The position numbers and the translations under genes are program-made. Shown one piece after another: positions 1 to 12,900 of a stretch of DNA of 64,000 nucleotides (the first letter of the stretch is position 1; every line of letters starts with the position of its first letter). The stretch is from Orbicella franksi (Eukaryota). The notes beneath the pieces are model-generated. The model saw only the letters and a program-made list of their open reading frames with translations, ran no database searches and was not told the DNA's origin. The stretch is from NCBI GenBank assembly GCA_964199315.1, contig OZ116699.1, positions 22,878,001 through 22,942,000 on the forward strand, given 5' to 3'.

Positions 1-169
1 ATTTACAGATGTCATGAACAGACTTCTGATTAATCCTTGCAGATTAATGGACATGCTAGCTTGCTTAGATAGACATGATCAAACCCAAGGACGGGAGGGT
101 AGGACCGGTAAGAAAGGAGGGGTGGGGAACATGTCACCTCGACAGAACTGTAAGATATGGTACTGGTGT

Positions 170-850
170 GTTTCATTGTAAAGCGACAGTTTGAGTGGCT
201 GTAGTGGACTTAATGCAGATTAGTGACTTCCGGAAATCAGCTGCAGAGACTAAAATCTCAGTTTAGCCTCTTTTTCGAAAGCACGATAATTAGGATAGAA
301 GGTACAAGCCAGGATAAAGCCTAAAAGTACTAGAGACCCTCACGAGACATGACCCAAAGCCTTGTAGTGGTCAAATGCATTGGAACTGGATTAATACGGA
401 CTACGGATTAAAAGGCAGAACTTTTTCTTTGCCATCAGGCTTGACTTAACGTTTGAGTGACAACTTAGTCTTCCTGACGTCCCTATTCTTAGTTCGCTGC
501 ATAGCAGAGATTTCAATACTAAATGAGAACTTAAACTCAATTTGCTATTCTTAATTAAGTCCACATCTAAGATAGCACCATAAGTAACTGACACGGCTTA
601 CTTAACCCCCTAGCTATACGTTTGGAGGGTCTCAGCAAGAAACAAAATACCCAAGCTTATTTTAGCCATCTGACGCCCCTCCCAGAGTGCTTTAGCGCTC
701 TGTAAAATTCAGACAGTCACCACCGTGCTCTTCTAGTGGTTTTCCAGCGATTTCTGAAACGGTACCCCCAGACCTCTGAACCAGCATCACTTTGTGTTTC
801 TGACAAGATTGCTGTACAGAACGGAAGCTAGCATTTAATACTTAATCGCT
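170..850 (-). mobile_element. Degraded 3' fragment of a CR1/L2-type non-LTR retrotransposon
   Basis: Minus-strand translation with frameshifts gives LYSNLVR (~800-820), GSEVWG (~765-785), CLNFTER and YGAILDVD. This order matches the C-terminal RT region of CR1/L2 elements (LYxxLVRxxLEYxxxVW...YxERLxxL...GxxDxD). Many stops; boundaries are approximate. Confidence 0.45.
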
Positions 851-3800
851 TTAGCAATTCAAATCTGTTGACCTTTTAAGTTAACAAAGGAAATAAATCA
901 TCCTTATTGCTTTCACTTGATAACCTTTGTCGGATATAGATTGGAAAAGGTAAAATATATGTGATGGTCGCGCCGAAGTCAAACGAGGTTGACCAATTAG
1001 ACAGTATCTTTAATACCAAATCCGGTTCGGTCCTGCGCTAATTTCGCCGGGATTTCGGCTTTAATGAAACTTTTAATAATTTGAAAAACGCGACATGAAC
1101 TTGGGCTTGAAAAAATGTCACTGCTTTGATTAAACAGAAATCTTGTTTTTACAGCTTTGCATTCCATTAGGGTTACATTTCTAAAAATGGAATATGTACG
1201 TGTCCATGTGAAAGCCTTGGGTACATTCCACACCCAAACTGCTGTTTATTCAGGAAGACTATCTACATAGACGGAGTAATTTTTAAAGAATTTGCATGTC
1301 GTGATACACGAAATGCGACAGCCCTGCCAAAGGAAGCCGCGTGGCGCTTGGAAGGTCATAACGATGCAAACCGATAGTCCCAAGGCTAAAGTTCAAGATG
1401 GTGGGTTTTAAAGCTCACGCATCTTAGAGATTGGATTGTTTAATTGTTTAATTGCATTATCACGTAGAAAATTCTTTCTTCATCTTCGAACATATACAGG
1501 TCAATAATCATCCCTCGAATATGTCCCCTAGCACACAGAACATTGTTAGTAGCTGATATTGATTGCCGGCACGAATTTCCAAACATTAAGGGTGAAAATT
1601 GGTTCCCCGTTTGAATTAGCCTGTATTATCGGTAGGAAAACTTCAAGTTCCTTTGCTTTGCAATCGCATAACAGTTCGAGAAAGATTAAAGATCACCTAA
1701 TTCAGAACTTCGTTGTGAAAAATTTCCAGCATCCGAGACGAGACCGCAATCTGTGCCGAACACACGAGTCAGGGTACGTGACTAATTTAGGTCAGATCAC
1801 CTCATCCAACACCGCCACGTTGGGAACGAAAAATTCAAATGTGGGCTTAACATCAGGGTGCGAATCAATCAGCGAAGGTCAAGCTACATCGTTCATCACG
1901 AAAACTTGGAACACATGTGAAGTATGAAACCGTTTCATGTATGTTTCATATTGGCTTCAACGAGGAAACCAGGCCAGGAAGAGCAGGCAATGTTAAACAC
2001 CTAATCAAGAGATCTTCACTTATACGATCAGAAAAGGGGATCAAAAGTAATTCATTCCTCTGTTGTTGTTGTTGTTTTTTTAATTCCAGTCGTGGTGTCA
2101 AACTACAGAATTAACCTTTTTCTTCTGAGCCAGTCAATGAACATTACTTGTAATCATTGAAATGGTTTGAATTTGCGGAAAATGAAGCGAACGTAATCTC
2201 AGCCTCGCAGGTTTCTCCGCATGTCATGTAGCCAGCCTAATAATCTTGTTAATATACCGTTTGACAACATCCTTTACTAGCGGTCTTGTCTTTCATTGAT
2301 TTTACCCACCTTTAAGGAGCCAAGTGAGCGAAACGTGCACTTTAAAATTGACAAAGGCACTCTGACAGATTTGTCACTAAGTTCTTTTTTTTTATCCACA
2401 AGCGGGAATCTTCTTAGCTGCTTAATGAATTACAAAACATCCGTATCTAATCCAAAAGATTACGAAATTACTCCGATAACGTACGGATACACGTCCGATG
2501 TTTTCGTCACGTACTTACTTAATGTCTGCACGTGTGATACGATTTACCAAAGATGGTCGACAGAGATCTAGATAAATCCTTGGAACATTTACAGTCAGTT
2601 GTTGTAACCGGAAAAGGAGGTTGGATGTCAACCAGTGTTTTTCTTTTACAAATTCAGTTGAGCCCGACATACTCGACCATTAAAATATCTCATGACCAGG
2701 CGAACAAGTAGATGAGATACATGCACAAAAACAAACGATAGAGGTTTACAGTCGTCGACATTTCCTGTGATATAACAAATATCTTTATGGTCAAAAAATA
2801 TTCCTTTTATTCCTTTTCAGTGGATTCCCATAACCTTAGCTTTTGCAGTCAATATTGTTCGGTGTTTTCATAGAGATATATCGACACTGAAGTACGTCAT
2901 ACGGAAGCCAACAAATATAAGTCATGTCTTAGTCAGCAAAATAAATACCAGTTGTCAAGGGGAAGCCGAACACTTTACTTCCTGGCAAATCCACAAGTGT
3001 TTGTTTCAGAACACTAAAGTGCACTTCTTTACTGATTTCGAACCGATTAGATGTTCATGTTAGGTTAACAATTCTTCAAGCTGGTATGTACTTGATGGTC
3101 TTCCGGACTTTCAATTACATATGCTCGGAATTCGTTATCGTGACCTCGATATATGTTGACTGATTGAAATGATATGGCCCATAAACCAGCACGCAACCAA
3201 GTGCACTTTATGGTCACTAGGAAGGTAATATTATACACTTCTCTCAGCACGCCTAAGACGCTATTCTGTGGTGAAATCGATAAAGCCAGATTGGCAGATC
3301 ATGTTGTGAAAAGAGCTTAGTCCTCGCTGGAATACACTTTAATCCCTACAGAGAAGACTTGTAATACGGAGTAGTGGTGAGACTGTAATAACAATCGCGA
3401 AACGAACGCACTTCACTGTTGAAGAGGCTTTACCTTGGCTTTGTTATCCTGTTTAGATTTCCCAGGGAACGGAGTAACTTGCGTCACAGAGCGACGACAC
3501 ACAGGGTGTTCTTGCCATCATCGCCGCCTTTTACGTCTCTCACGAACACAGGCCGAAGGTTAGGTTATATTTTAATCATTCTCTTAACGTTACCACAGCA
3601 GTGAAAAAAGTTGTCATTTTAGGCTACAACACAGCTCCAAAATGAGCTTTCCAAAAGAGAGCTGCTGCGTTAGCCGATCACGGAGCAAGGAAGGAAATAA
3701 GGCGTACACAACCACTTGAAGGACGAAAGCTATGTTGAGCTCGTTATAGATCTTATCAATGTCGTCTCAGTAAAAGTCGTATCTTTTGGTTTAATTGCCC

Positions 3801-4197
3801 ATCAATTGTCTTTACAAGTCTGTAATATTGCTACGTGCTTCAACTGACAAATTTGGTCGCATGCCTGTTTTTATTCGTTAACTACGGATGCCTCGTTGAA
3901 AAGCGGAATTTCAAGTTCGGTTTCGTAAAAGTATGCCACTCGATGTTTTGGATCAACGTCAAATTTTTCATTGAAATCGATGTCTCTCAAGCGTTGTCAA
4001 CAGACTGCAAAACATTATTCCGTATTCACCTTATTCCAACAAATATCACTCTTTCTTTTATGTTTGTCTTGTCAATTGGAACCGAAACCTTTACGTAATT
4101 GTCCTCATAGCCGTCTGCGTAATTTGGCGGTGAAACACAAAGGGAAATAGAATCGTGCCCTCGACTGAACTCAGGTGAATTTTTCACCGTAAAATCG

Positions 4198-5380
4198 TAG
4201 GATCATGTTTCGTGGCAAATAATCAATTAGTGGGCCGCTAAGACAAAATTGTTACAAGTAAGGCATGTATATTGCTTTGGTCAAAGGAGTGTCATTTTTA
4301 ACTCTGATTCTTGGCTTGTTCGCTTGTACTTGTCATAGAAAACAAGTCTACATGTGAGGTGAATCAGGTCAGATTTCTTGCAATGACTCCTGTTCATGAG
4401 AGCATTTTGTCATGTCTCATACGAAGACGAAAAATGAAAGCGGCATCATTAGTGCTGCATCGATTACAGAGTGTGTAGCTATACCTCCACAAAGTTCATA
4501 TTTATACCGCAATGAAGTTTCCTACTCAGGATGCTCTATTGTTGACCCAGGGATGTCTTGATGTGACATAGTGTGGAGTAGACATAGTTCATTGCAATCC
4601 ACCGCCTTAGGAGAAGGGTAGTGCGCCAAAAATTACACTGTAAAACTGAATTTGTCAACGTATGAGACTGACTCTGAAAATATATGCTGCTTTGTTTGAG
4701 ACAAAGCTTGGATAATATCCCATAACAAGATTAGTTGTGTCTGCCAATTATGCCATGACTCTATGAATCACCCACTGTTGTAAATAATGAGGGAACTTTG
4801 AATCCAGAAACACATGTATCCACAGCCTTTGCAACGATTTATCACACCAAGACAGGTTCCTAAAAACTGAATGCTGCGTTAAACACGCAGTAACATTTAT
4901 TTTGTGCCCTCCAGAAGCAGTGTTATGTAAACCTAGAAAACAAAACTTAGCCTTTTGAGCATTCAGTGAGTTAATTAACGACAAACATTTTACACAAGAG
5001 GCACTAGTTTGCAAGTGAGTATTTTGACGTTGATCGATCGATCCATGTCTGTCATTCTTATTTTATTATTAAGACTCCATATGGTTAATATACAGGCCTA
5101 ATCCCTTGATACTCTATTCTGTAGACAAAATTATCTGTGAATTATTCAGTGAATGAAAAGTGTGCATTTCGTTTTTCGCTATAAGCTCTTCCTATTAAAT
5201 TCTGTAAGTACCCAACACAGAACCTCTATGAATCATCTCGTAGTAATAGTCTCTTGAAATTGTCCAGTATCACAGATGTTTTTAGCAATGATGTAAACAA
5301 CCCTAATTGACTTTAACCCTTTTGAGCCCGAAGCACAAAAAACTCCTTTAGTTGAAAAATATCGACACAGCAAAGAGATA
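4198..5380. repeat. Copy 1 of a ~1.2 kb diverged tandem direct duplication
   Basis: Collinear with 5553-6735. Shared anchors include GGATCATG, ACTCTGATTC, TGAAGTTTCCT, ATTGTTGACCCA, TTAGGAGAAG, TAACAAGATTAG, GAGTTAATTAACGA, TTTTGACGTTGATCGA and TTTTTAGCAATGATGTAAACAA. Confidence 0.9.
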
Positions 5381-5383
5381 ATG

Positions 5384-5448
<65 letters not shown>

Positions 5449-5512
5449 TATAATCAATATTTAAACAGGGTGACCCCTTCAGTCGCAGGACTGGTATCAA
5501 CGGGGGCCCTGT
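5378..5512 (-). repeat. (AAT)n microsatellite (~5378-5450) attached to a ~60 bp stub, probably the 3' tail of a retroelement
   Basis: About 22 near-perfect AAT units followed by ATATTTAAACAGGGTGACCCCTTCAG...GGGGGCCCTG. A related ATATTTAAACAGGG junction follows AATAATAAG at ~9205-9225. The retroelement origin is inference. Confidence 0.8.
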
Positions 5513-5552
5513 ATAACGTAAAATAAAAAGAGCATGATCCAGTGAACAAATC

Positions 5553-6735
5553 GCGGGATCATGCCATATGGTAAATAAATAACTAGTTGGTCTTTTCAAA
5601 GAATAGGATCACTACAAATGGGGCATAAATAATTTTTTACTCAAAGAAATGCAATTTTTGACTCTGATTCAGTATTGCCTTGCACGGCAGCACTTTTCAT
5701 AGAAGACAAGTCCATAAACCGGGCGAGTCAGGTTCAACTTCTTGCAATTTTCTTGCAGTATGAATACTTTTCATCTGAGCATTTTTTCACGTCTGATATG
5801 AAGACGACATTATTTAATTATCAAGCTATTTAACCGTCACTTTATTAAGTTCCTATTTACACTGTGAAGTTTCCTGTTCCAGATCCTTTATTGTTGACCC
5901 AAACGATGTTTTGACATGGCATAATATGGAGTAATCTATAACTTAATTTCAATCGGCCGCTTTAGGAGAAGAGTGGAATGCCAAATAGTGTACTGTAAAA
6001 GTTAAATTGGAAATATATGCTGCATTGTTTAAAAGCTCTTATGACACAAAGCCGGGATAACATCCCGTAACAAGATTAGCTGCGTCTGTCAATTAAGCGG
6101 TGATTTTATGAATCACTATGTGTTGTCAGCAATGAGGGAATTTTGAATCCCAAACAATGTTTACCAACAAGTTTTATTATTTGCCTCACCATGCAAGACA
6201 ATTTCGTAATTAGATGCTGCATTAAACGCACAGTAACACTTATTCTTTGCTTTCAAGAGGTAATGACATGTTAGCCCGAAAAGACAAAACCTAGTCTTTC
6301 CACCATTTAGCGAGTTAATTAACGATAAACATTTTACACAAGAAATGCTAGTTTGCAAGTGAGCACTTTTGACGTTGATCGACCGATCAATTTCTGACAT
6401 TCACATTTTATCATTAAGACTCCGTGTAGTAAATATACAAGTTTAATCCCTTGATCCTCCATTCTCTCGACAATTATCTGTGAATTACTCAATGGAACAT
6501 GTGCATTTCGGTTTTTGGCCAAACGCTCTTTATATCAAAGTCTGTTAGTACCTGACTCAGGACCTTTATGAGTCATCTAAAAATGAAATAGCAATAGTAT
6601 CCCGAAATTGTCTAGTAATACCACAGAGGTTTTTAGCAATGATGTAAACAAGCCTAATTGCTTTCTAATTCTTTTGTAAAATAGCGTCCACAACACAAAA
6701 AAAATCCTTTAGCTGAAAAGAACAACACCACAATA
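5553..6735. repeat. Copy 2 of the ~1.2 kb diverged tandem direct duplication
   Basis: Collinear with 4198-5380; substitutions and indels throughout. Confidence 0.9.
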
Positions 6736-6973
6736 AAGTAATAACGTTGATGGCACTCGGAAACAAATAAATTAGTACATTCCGAATCCTTTTTTGGAGG
6801 TCACAAAACCATTGAAGCGCTGGTCATTTTTTAAGTTACGGCCGTAAAATTAGAACATAAGTGACCACTTAACATTTATGAATGTGCTCTGGGTTATGAA
6901 AATACGTGACGCACTACACTGCTTATTCTTGCAGAGTAAAAGCTGAATTACAACATCCGCACGTACCACAAAG

Positions 6974-9900
6974 ATGGCAAATTCATCACTATTGCTAAAC
7001 GAAGGTAGGTTATGATCACGATATTAAGAAACAAATTGGAAATCTCTATTACTCAACACGATCAAACTAGCTTAAGCCTGATAGTTGGCTCGCCGTTTTC
7101 ATCATCAGTGCCAGTTTGAACGTTTCAAGCAGGCTATATGTGTGCAAATTACTACACTTCAGATGTAATAAAGGCTATTTCCATTGAGGCAAAGCATTAA
7201 TTAACCCTTATTAACAGTGGAAACAACTAAACTCGCTTATCTGATGACTGCGGTGTTAGCTTTGTTAAAGTGGATCTAAGCACGAACGGAAATGGACGCA
7301 TAAATAACTCATACTTTATGCATCTTGAACCTTAGTAAGGAAACTGAACTAAACCTCGCTTTCGTGGTTCTATTGAATGTTACCCTACATTAGATGCACT
7401 TTAAAAAATAAGAACGCTACAATTATACAACTACAATTCAGATAGAGGAATTTTAGGCATTACGAAAACAATGTTTCATAATTCAACTTAATTTCGAGTA
7501 TTTGTGGCCAGTAGGACGTCTACGTAATAGACGGGATTTGTACTAGCGCTACAGTTTGTTTTCTGACGTTAACGTTCTCCGAATTATAGTGCAGTGCCGT
7601 TCTCTTCTTCCTCAAAATGGACTGTGAGACAATCTTGTCGATATGACAATGAGAGAATTTTTCAAAATTAAATAAATCGGTCTATCCCAGCTCACATCGG
7701 CGTTGACTCCAAATGTGGTCTGATTCCTATTATTCTTCGTTCAGAGTATAGAGACTTCAAATAAAAGCTATTCGGAAGAATAACAAAAAATTACGAACAC
7801 TGCGAATTATTCCGACAACTATGCGGGGCTGTTCATTATCGATTCATTATCGATACGTGACAATTAGTTCTTTGCCTGCTAGCATGATGTTGGCAAAATC
7901 CATTGAAATCAAAATGTAATGGATATCTTTATAGCCATTAGCCAGTGAATTTAATATCAGTTGCCTTTTATTGACAAATTACACTTTTTTAGAGATTAAT
8001 TTCTGATAAATGATAAGGGTTGAGCCTGTGGGGTATCCAAAATAGCTTTTATGAAGCGTGTCAGGGGTCGTTTCGGTGTTGGTTGAAATTGTCACCTGCG
8101 TGGTAACGAAAAAATACCTTCGCGTATTATTTGTATATGCACTAGTGGACATCAACATTGAGGATTTGAAAAGTTTCCAGAATGCTGTACAGAAAGATTA
8201 ACTATGCAATCATGTAAAGCTATGACTACATTTATTACAACGTGGTTTTTTTTGTTTTTTTTCTTTTTTCATCCTTTCTTTGTGGAAACGATTATCAATG
8301 ATGAGTGCATTTTTATAATCCTTCTGAAGTGGGCCCGTAAGCTTTTCCATTGATATTAAGTATCATTAAGAACTGAAGGGTCCTATATTTCTGTAGTGAA
8401 TAACTTGATTGTCAGGTAGTTCAAAGATTTTTGTGTGTTTGCCAAGTGAATGTTTTCTGAATCTGTCTTCCGCGTCGAGAAATCTGTTAGCTGATCTCGC
8501 CCAGGTGGAAACTTCTAATGTTTGTCAAGTTTGATTAAAACCTTAACAAATATACAGAGATTTCATTAGATTACCGGTTTAAAGCTCAACAAATTGCGTG
8601 CATCATTGCCAACCTTGCTTCCTTACTAAAGATGCAAATTACGAAAAAGATTGATTAATCTATTGTTGTATATTGGTCAGTTCAGCCAGTTAATCTAACT
8701 TGAGAAATGTATAATTAATTAGTTCTTGGACTCAATGAAAATTATCTTTGCAAACTAAATGACGCTGAATTTGTGACTATAAGTTTAAGATAAGAGGGTG
8801 AATTATTTTTGTCAAACTGTAAGCGTTCTTCAAATGGTCGACACAACAATTTAAATGATCATAGCCAGTAAACATGTAACTACCATACGGTTTGTCATCT
8901 TAAGTGGCCAATACTTAATATCATAATCACGTATGCGTTACGTGCTGCTTAGGTTAGCCTCGATGTTCAGAATTTGAGACACACGATATTATGATTTTTT
9001 AGTTACCACAATGACACTTGTGCATAAGCGATATTTAGCCCTTAGTATATCCTTAAATAAAAAGTATTCCTCAGACCGTTTTCACTTTTAAATCAGTGTA
9101 AACTGATAGTTATCTCAACATTTCATAGCCTCTTCCTGCGTTAATGAATTTGCAAGAAGTTATGCTAAAAGATACTGAGAGACTAAGGATGCTTAGGTTA
9201 AAAATAATAAGAATATTTAAACAGGGAGCCCACAGGAAGCCCCCTTTTTAACACACGTGTCTTCAGAATATCACCAGACCTGTATCACGAGACAGTGCGA
9301 GAAGGTAACACCCCTTCATCATTCATACAACGCTATGACAATTTTTGAATAGAAGACGAAACCTAAAAATATATAAATAATGGGTATTTTTCAAGAAAAC
9401 CGTATTGAGCCGAACAGTTTTTTTAACAAGCCTTTACGTGCACGTATCATGCTCATTAATTACACTAAGACACTCCCAGTCATCACCAATGTAAAGTCGT
9501 TCAATAGATGGTCGCGTGCTAGCTAGCAATCGGTCAATTTTCTTGCTTCCAAGTCACGCAACCAAGCTACAGAACTTTCCCTTAAGAATAATCAGTTCAG
9601 TCCTTTGGGCACAACATAAATTTCTAACATTGGCCTGTCAGTGCTTAAGTCAAGCAGGTTAGTCCACCATTGCTTTAAGAGTGTTTACCTAAGCTCACGT
9701 CTTACTATTATTACTTCATGATTATTATATATACCATCAGGGGTAATACTCTGGGCCTTATTTCGGAACACATAACTCGGTAATACAGGATTAAGACTCT
9801 CCGTGTAAGAGAAGGAAGAAATACCAGATTTTAACAATGACTATTTGATTAGTTGGTATGACTGAAAACTTGAATAAAGTTGTAGTAATCTCAAAGGATT

Positions 9901-12900
9901 AACGGCGAATTTAGTTTAACCTTTTAGCACGCACTTTGAACAACTTAGCCGGATAATGTCCGGGATTAATCGGTGGTTGCACGTGATGTAATCTCCCTCT
10001 CCAATCATCCCCTTTCCCTCATTTTGAACCCTCTATAAGAGAGATAGTTATGGAAAGGAATCTGCTGCATTTTGAACTAGTCCTAGTCAAGAGGTTAATT
10101 TCAAATCTGCGATACCACACATGTCACAGTTGAGGCCTTTCCCAGCCGATCGCAATTAGAAATTGTAACCTTACTGCTGTTAAACAATTTTTCTTGAGCC
10201 TTGTTAATACTTCGACACAAATAGTCTATGAAATGTTTTACTACCTACAAGAAAAGCATTTCACCAAAATGTGTTAATGAACAATTATTTCACGAGCGCG
10301 AGTTGGATATGAGATGGTAGATAGCGCGAGTGGAATAATTGTTTTGTAAAAACGCTCCAAAACTGTAGAAATCTAATCTAAAATATAAGTAAGAACGCCC
10401 ATACGTGAACGCTTACCATATCTGTAGAGCATGGTACAATGGCTCTTAACTCATGATGGCTAAGCCAATGAAAACCCCCGAATTGCGTTATCCAATGATC
10501 CGGTTTTTAATAATACGTAACATGGTATTTGAGGATGTATTTTACCGAGTTTTGATACCAGGGCGACAACTAGAAACATTTCCTGGGGAATCCTATTTTC
10601 ATGAAATGTAAGATGAATCCGGATATTAATAAAATAGATCTTTTGAAAATATTCTGGTAAGTTTTCACCATTAACGAATTCCTCGTAATGTCGCTCAGTT
10701 TCCCCTCACGTACTTGATACGCATACCCTAATAATTCAACCATTCCAGTAAAGAATGAAAACGACATTTGTACAACGAGAAACCGGTTTTCAGATCTGAC
10801 GTCTAAAGTTCTCTAGGTACCTCCTTCTGACTGCGGGCAATGCAAAACATACTTAAAGGATTGGTTTTCAGGAAAAATGTTTATTAAACGGTTCACAATA
10901 TTAACGACTCTAATTTGTATAAGAATAGATTATACTAACACCGTCGTTCAGAATTTATTGCACAAACTGTTTATGAAACCTTATGAAACCTGTTTATTCT
11001 CAACTTGCGGGATAGCCTAGGAATGCATAACATCTGAATATTCCCTTACCCTAAGTGGAAACAACAGTACCCTTGTACGTAAGGGCTGCAGGGCGTAAAT
11101 GCATGAACTACCAAAAAATACATCCCATTAACCTTCTCAGTTAATTTCCTACCGTAACACTTGTTGATGTAGTTATATTGAAATGAAAGCCAACCGTCAA
11201 AGTTCATTCAACGTGACGTAGACTTCATTAAAAATCATGTTAGAGCGCGCATCTCTACTTTACCTAAGTCTACAACTCGCAAATAACATGTTCTGTGCCT
11301 AAATTCTTTTCACCGATAAGATCTCCTTTTAAGTGTTTTGTTATTATGTTTATTGGTTTCAACTTAAGATAAGGATACCTCGTTGACCTATAAAGGAGGC
11401 TCTTAAATGGCGTCAAAACTAAAGAACGTTTATTTAAACTGACCATACGGAGAGAGATTCTATGGTTCCGTTAAAATATTAATACAAGGTTCCCTTATCT
11501 TTAATGTGAATGTAATTTTGATCGCTTATGAAAAAGGTAGATTTTTACATGTTTTCACGTTCATCTCATGAATTAAACTTAACTTAACTTAAACGTCATT
11601 GCTACCTGACAAGTTATTCAGTCATTTGTCAGCAGAGCTGACAAATGGGAGCGTCTTTTGTACATTTGATCGTCCCTGCCCAATTCTTTGCTATCAAAAT
11701 CCGCAACAGACAGTTTGCCTTAGCCGACAAATATGTTTTCAACAGTCCTTATGAGTCATAAAATTCAAACAATTATGAACAGGTCGTATAAGCAATGTAT
11801 AGGTCAAGAGCAAGACCAAAAAATTCTGATTATTTTTCCATGGCAATATGAGATTTGAAAGAAAATTACAATGTGCATTGGCCACATAATCACAAATATC
11901 TTTCTATTTTATTTTTTCTTTTCTGTTTGTGAAATTTTTCAGAGCAAGAGTCCTTAGTTTCATCGAGCATTTTAACCAAAAGGAGTTGTATTATCTTAAA
12001 CGATGATGAGCGTAAAGTTACTTCTTGACGTCATAACAAAGACGAATAAAACCACGCACTATGCGGTACAGTTGTGTGTTTTAGTAATGGTACGCATTTC
12101 AGAAGAGGGCTCTCCAAAATTGTGAAAGACTGCAGATGGACTTTTTTATGGCATCAACGGTACATCAGTTATAGCAGTCTTGTGTAAGTTTGAATCGTAA
12201 AGTAATACACTTCGATTTAAGTATACAGTACTTCAAATTACCCATACCCAACCTTGTGTCGCTATTGAAATTATTTCCGTCTATAGAGAGTGTTAAAGTT
12301 GCATATAAATTTTTTTATACCCAGAAGTGCTTAAATTTTCTCAACTTGGCTGGAAGAAACAACAAGAAGATTGCGAAAACGTTTTCAACTCAACTGACTG
12401 AGTCACGCCTTTCTTTACGGACTACTCGTAAGGACACTATCACTGAACGTGGTTCTGAAGTAACCAATCACAAGATTATTCATTGCACTGTTCGGAAACG
12501 TATCACGAAGTATCGAACTGAAAAAGCTGCATTCATGTGAACTACAGACAACATGATCGACTGATCTAATAGGTGAAAAATCATGAGCTATCGTTAAATT
12601 TTGAATTTTTTTTTCTTTTTTTCATTTCAGAAAACGGCACAACTGGGGCCATGTGTAAGCAAGTAACGACAGTATCATTACAAGTTGTTTTAACTGTGTT
12701 GTACGCCATCATTTTTCCCATCGCTCTCCTGGGCAACTCTCTTGTTCTGTATGTAGTCTTCAAGAGACAGAGCATGAGGAGCGTATTGAACCTTTTGATA
12801 GTCAATATGGCAATTGCAGACCTGTTAGTAACAGTGTTCATCATGCCATACTCTGTCGCTTATCTCTTCGTGGGGCTTGAATGGTTCAGTGGAATTGTCG

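Larger units (their letters stand above)
950..6735 (-). pseudogene. Degenerate, apparently intronless coding-like region of unidentified origin
   Basis: Long stop- and frameshift-interrupted protein-like stretches on the minus strand, e.g. YDFTVKNSPEFSRGHDSISLCVSPPNYADGYEDNYVKVSVPIDKTNIKERVIFVGIR (~4030-4200), RLRDIDFNEKFDVDPKHRVAYFYETELEIPLFNEASVVNE (~3875-4000) and CDCKAKELEVFLPIIQANSNGEPIFTLNVWKF (~1575-1670). The two duplicated copies differ at synonymous positions in short motifs. No family recognised. Confidence 0.35.

Noticed and set aside
5233-5599. Poly-Ile and poly-Tyr ORFs
   Set aside because: Translations of the (AAT)n microsatellite.
12136-12184. Candidate first coding exon for the first GPCR (donor TGT|GTAAGT)
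   Set aside because: The ATG frame stops at TAG within the exon, and the alternative frame makes TAA on joining 12631. At most a UTR or cryptic exon.
12190-12630. 116 aa ORF and the MKNHELSLNFEFFFLFFIS extension of the GPCR ORF
   Set aside because: Intronic; the Phe run is the polypyrimidine tract.
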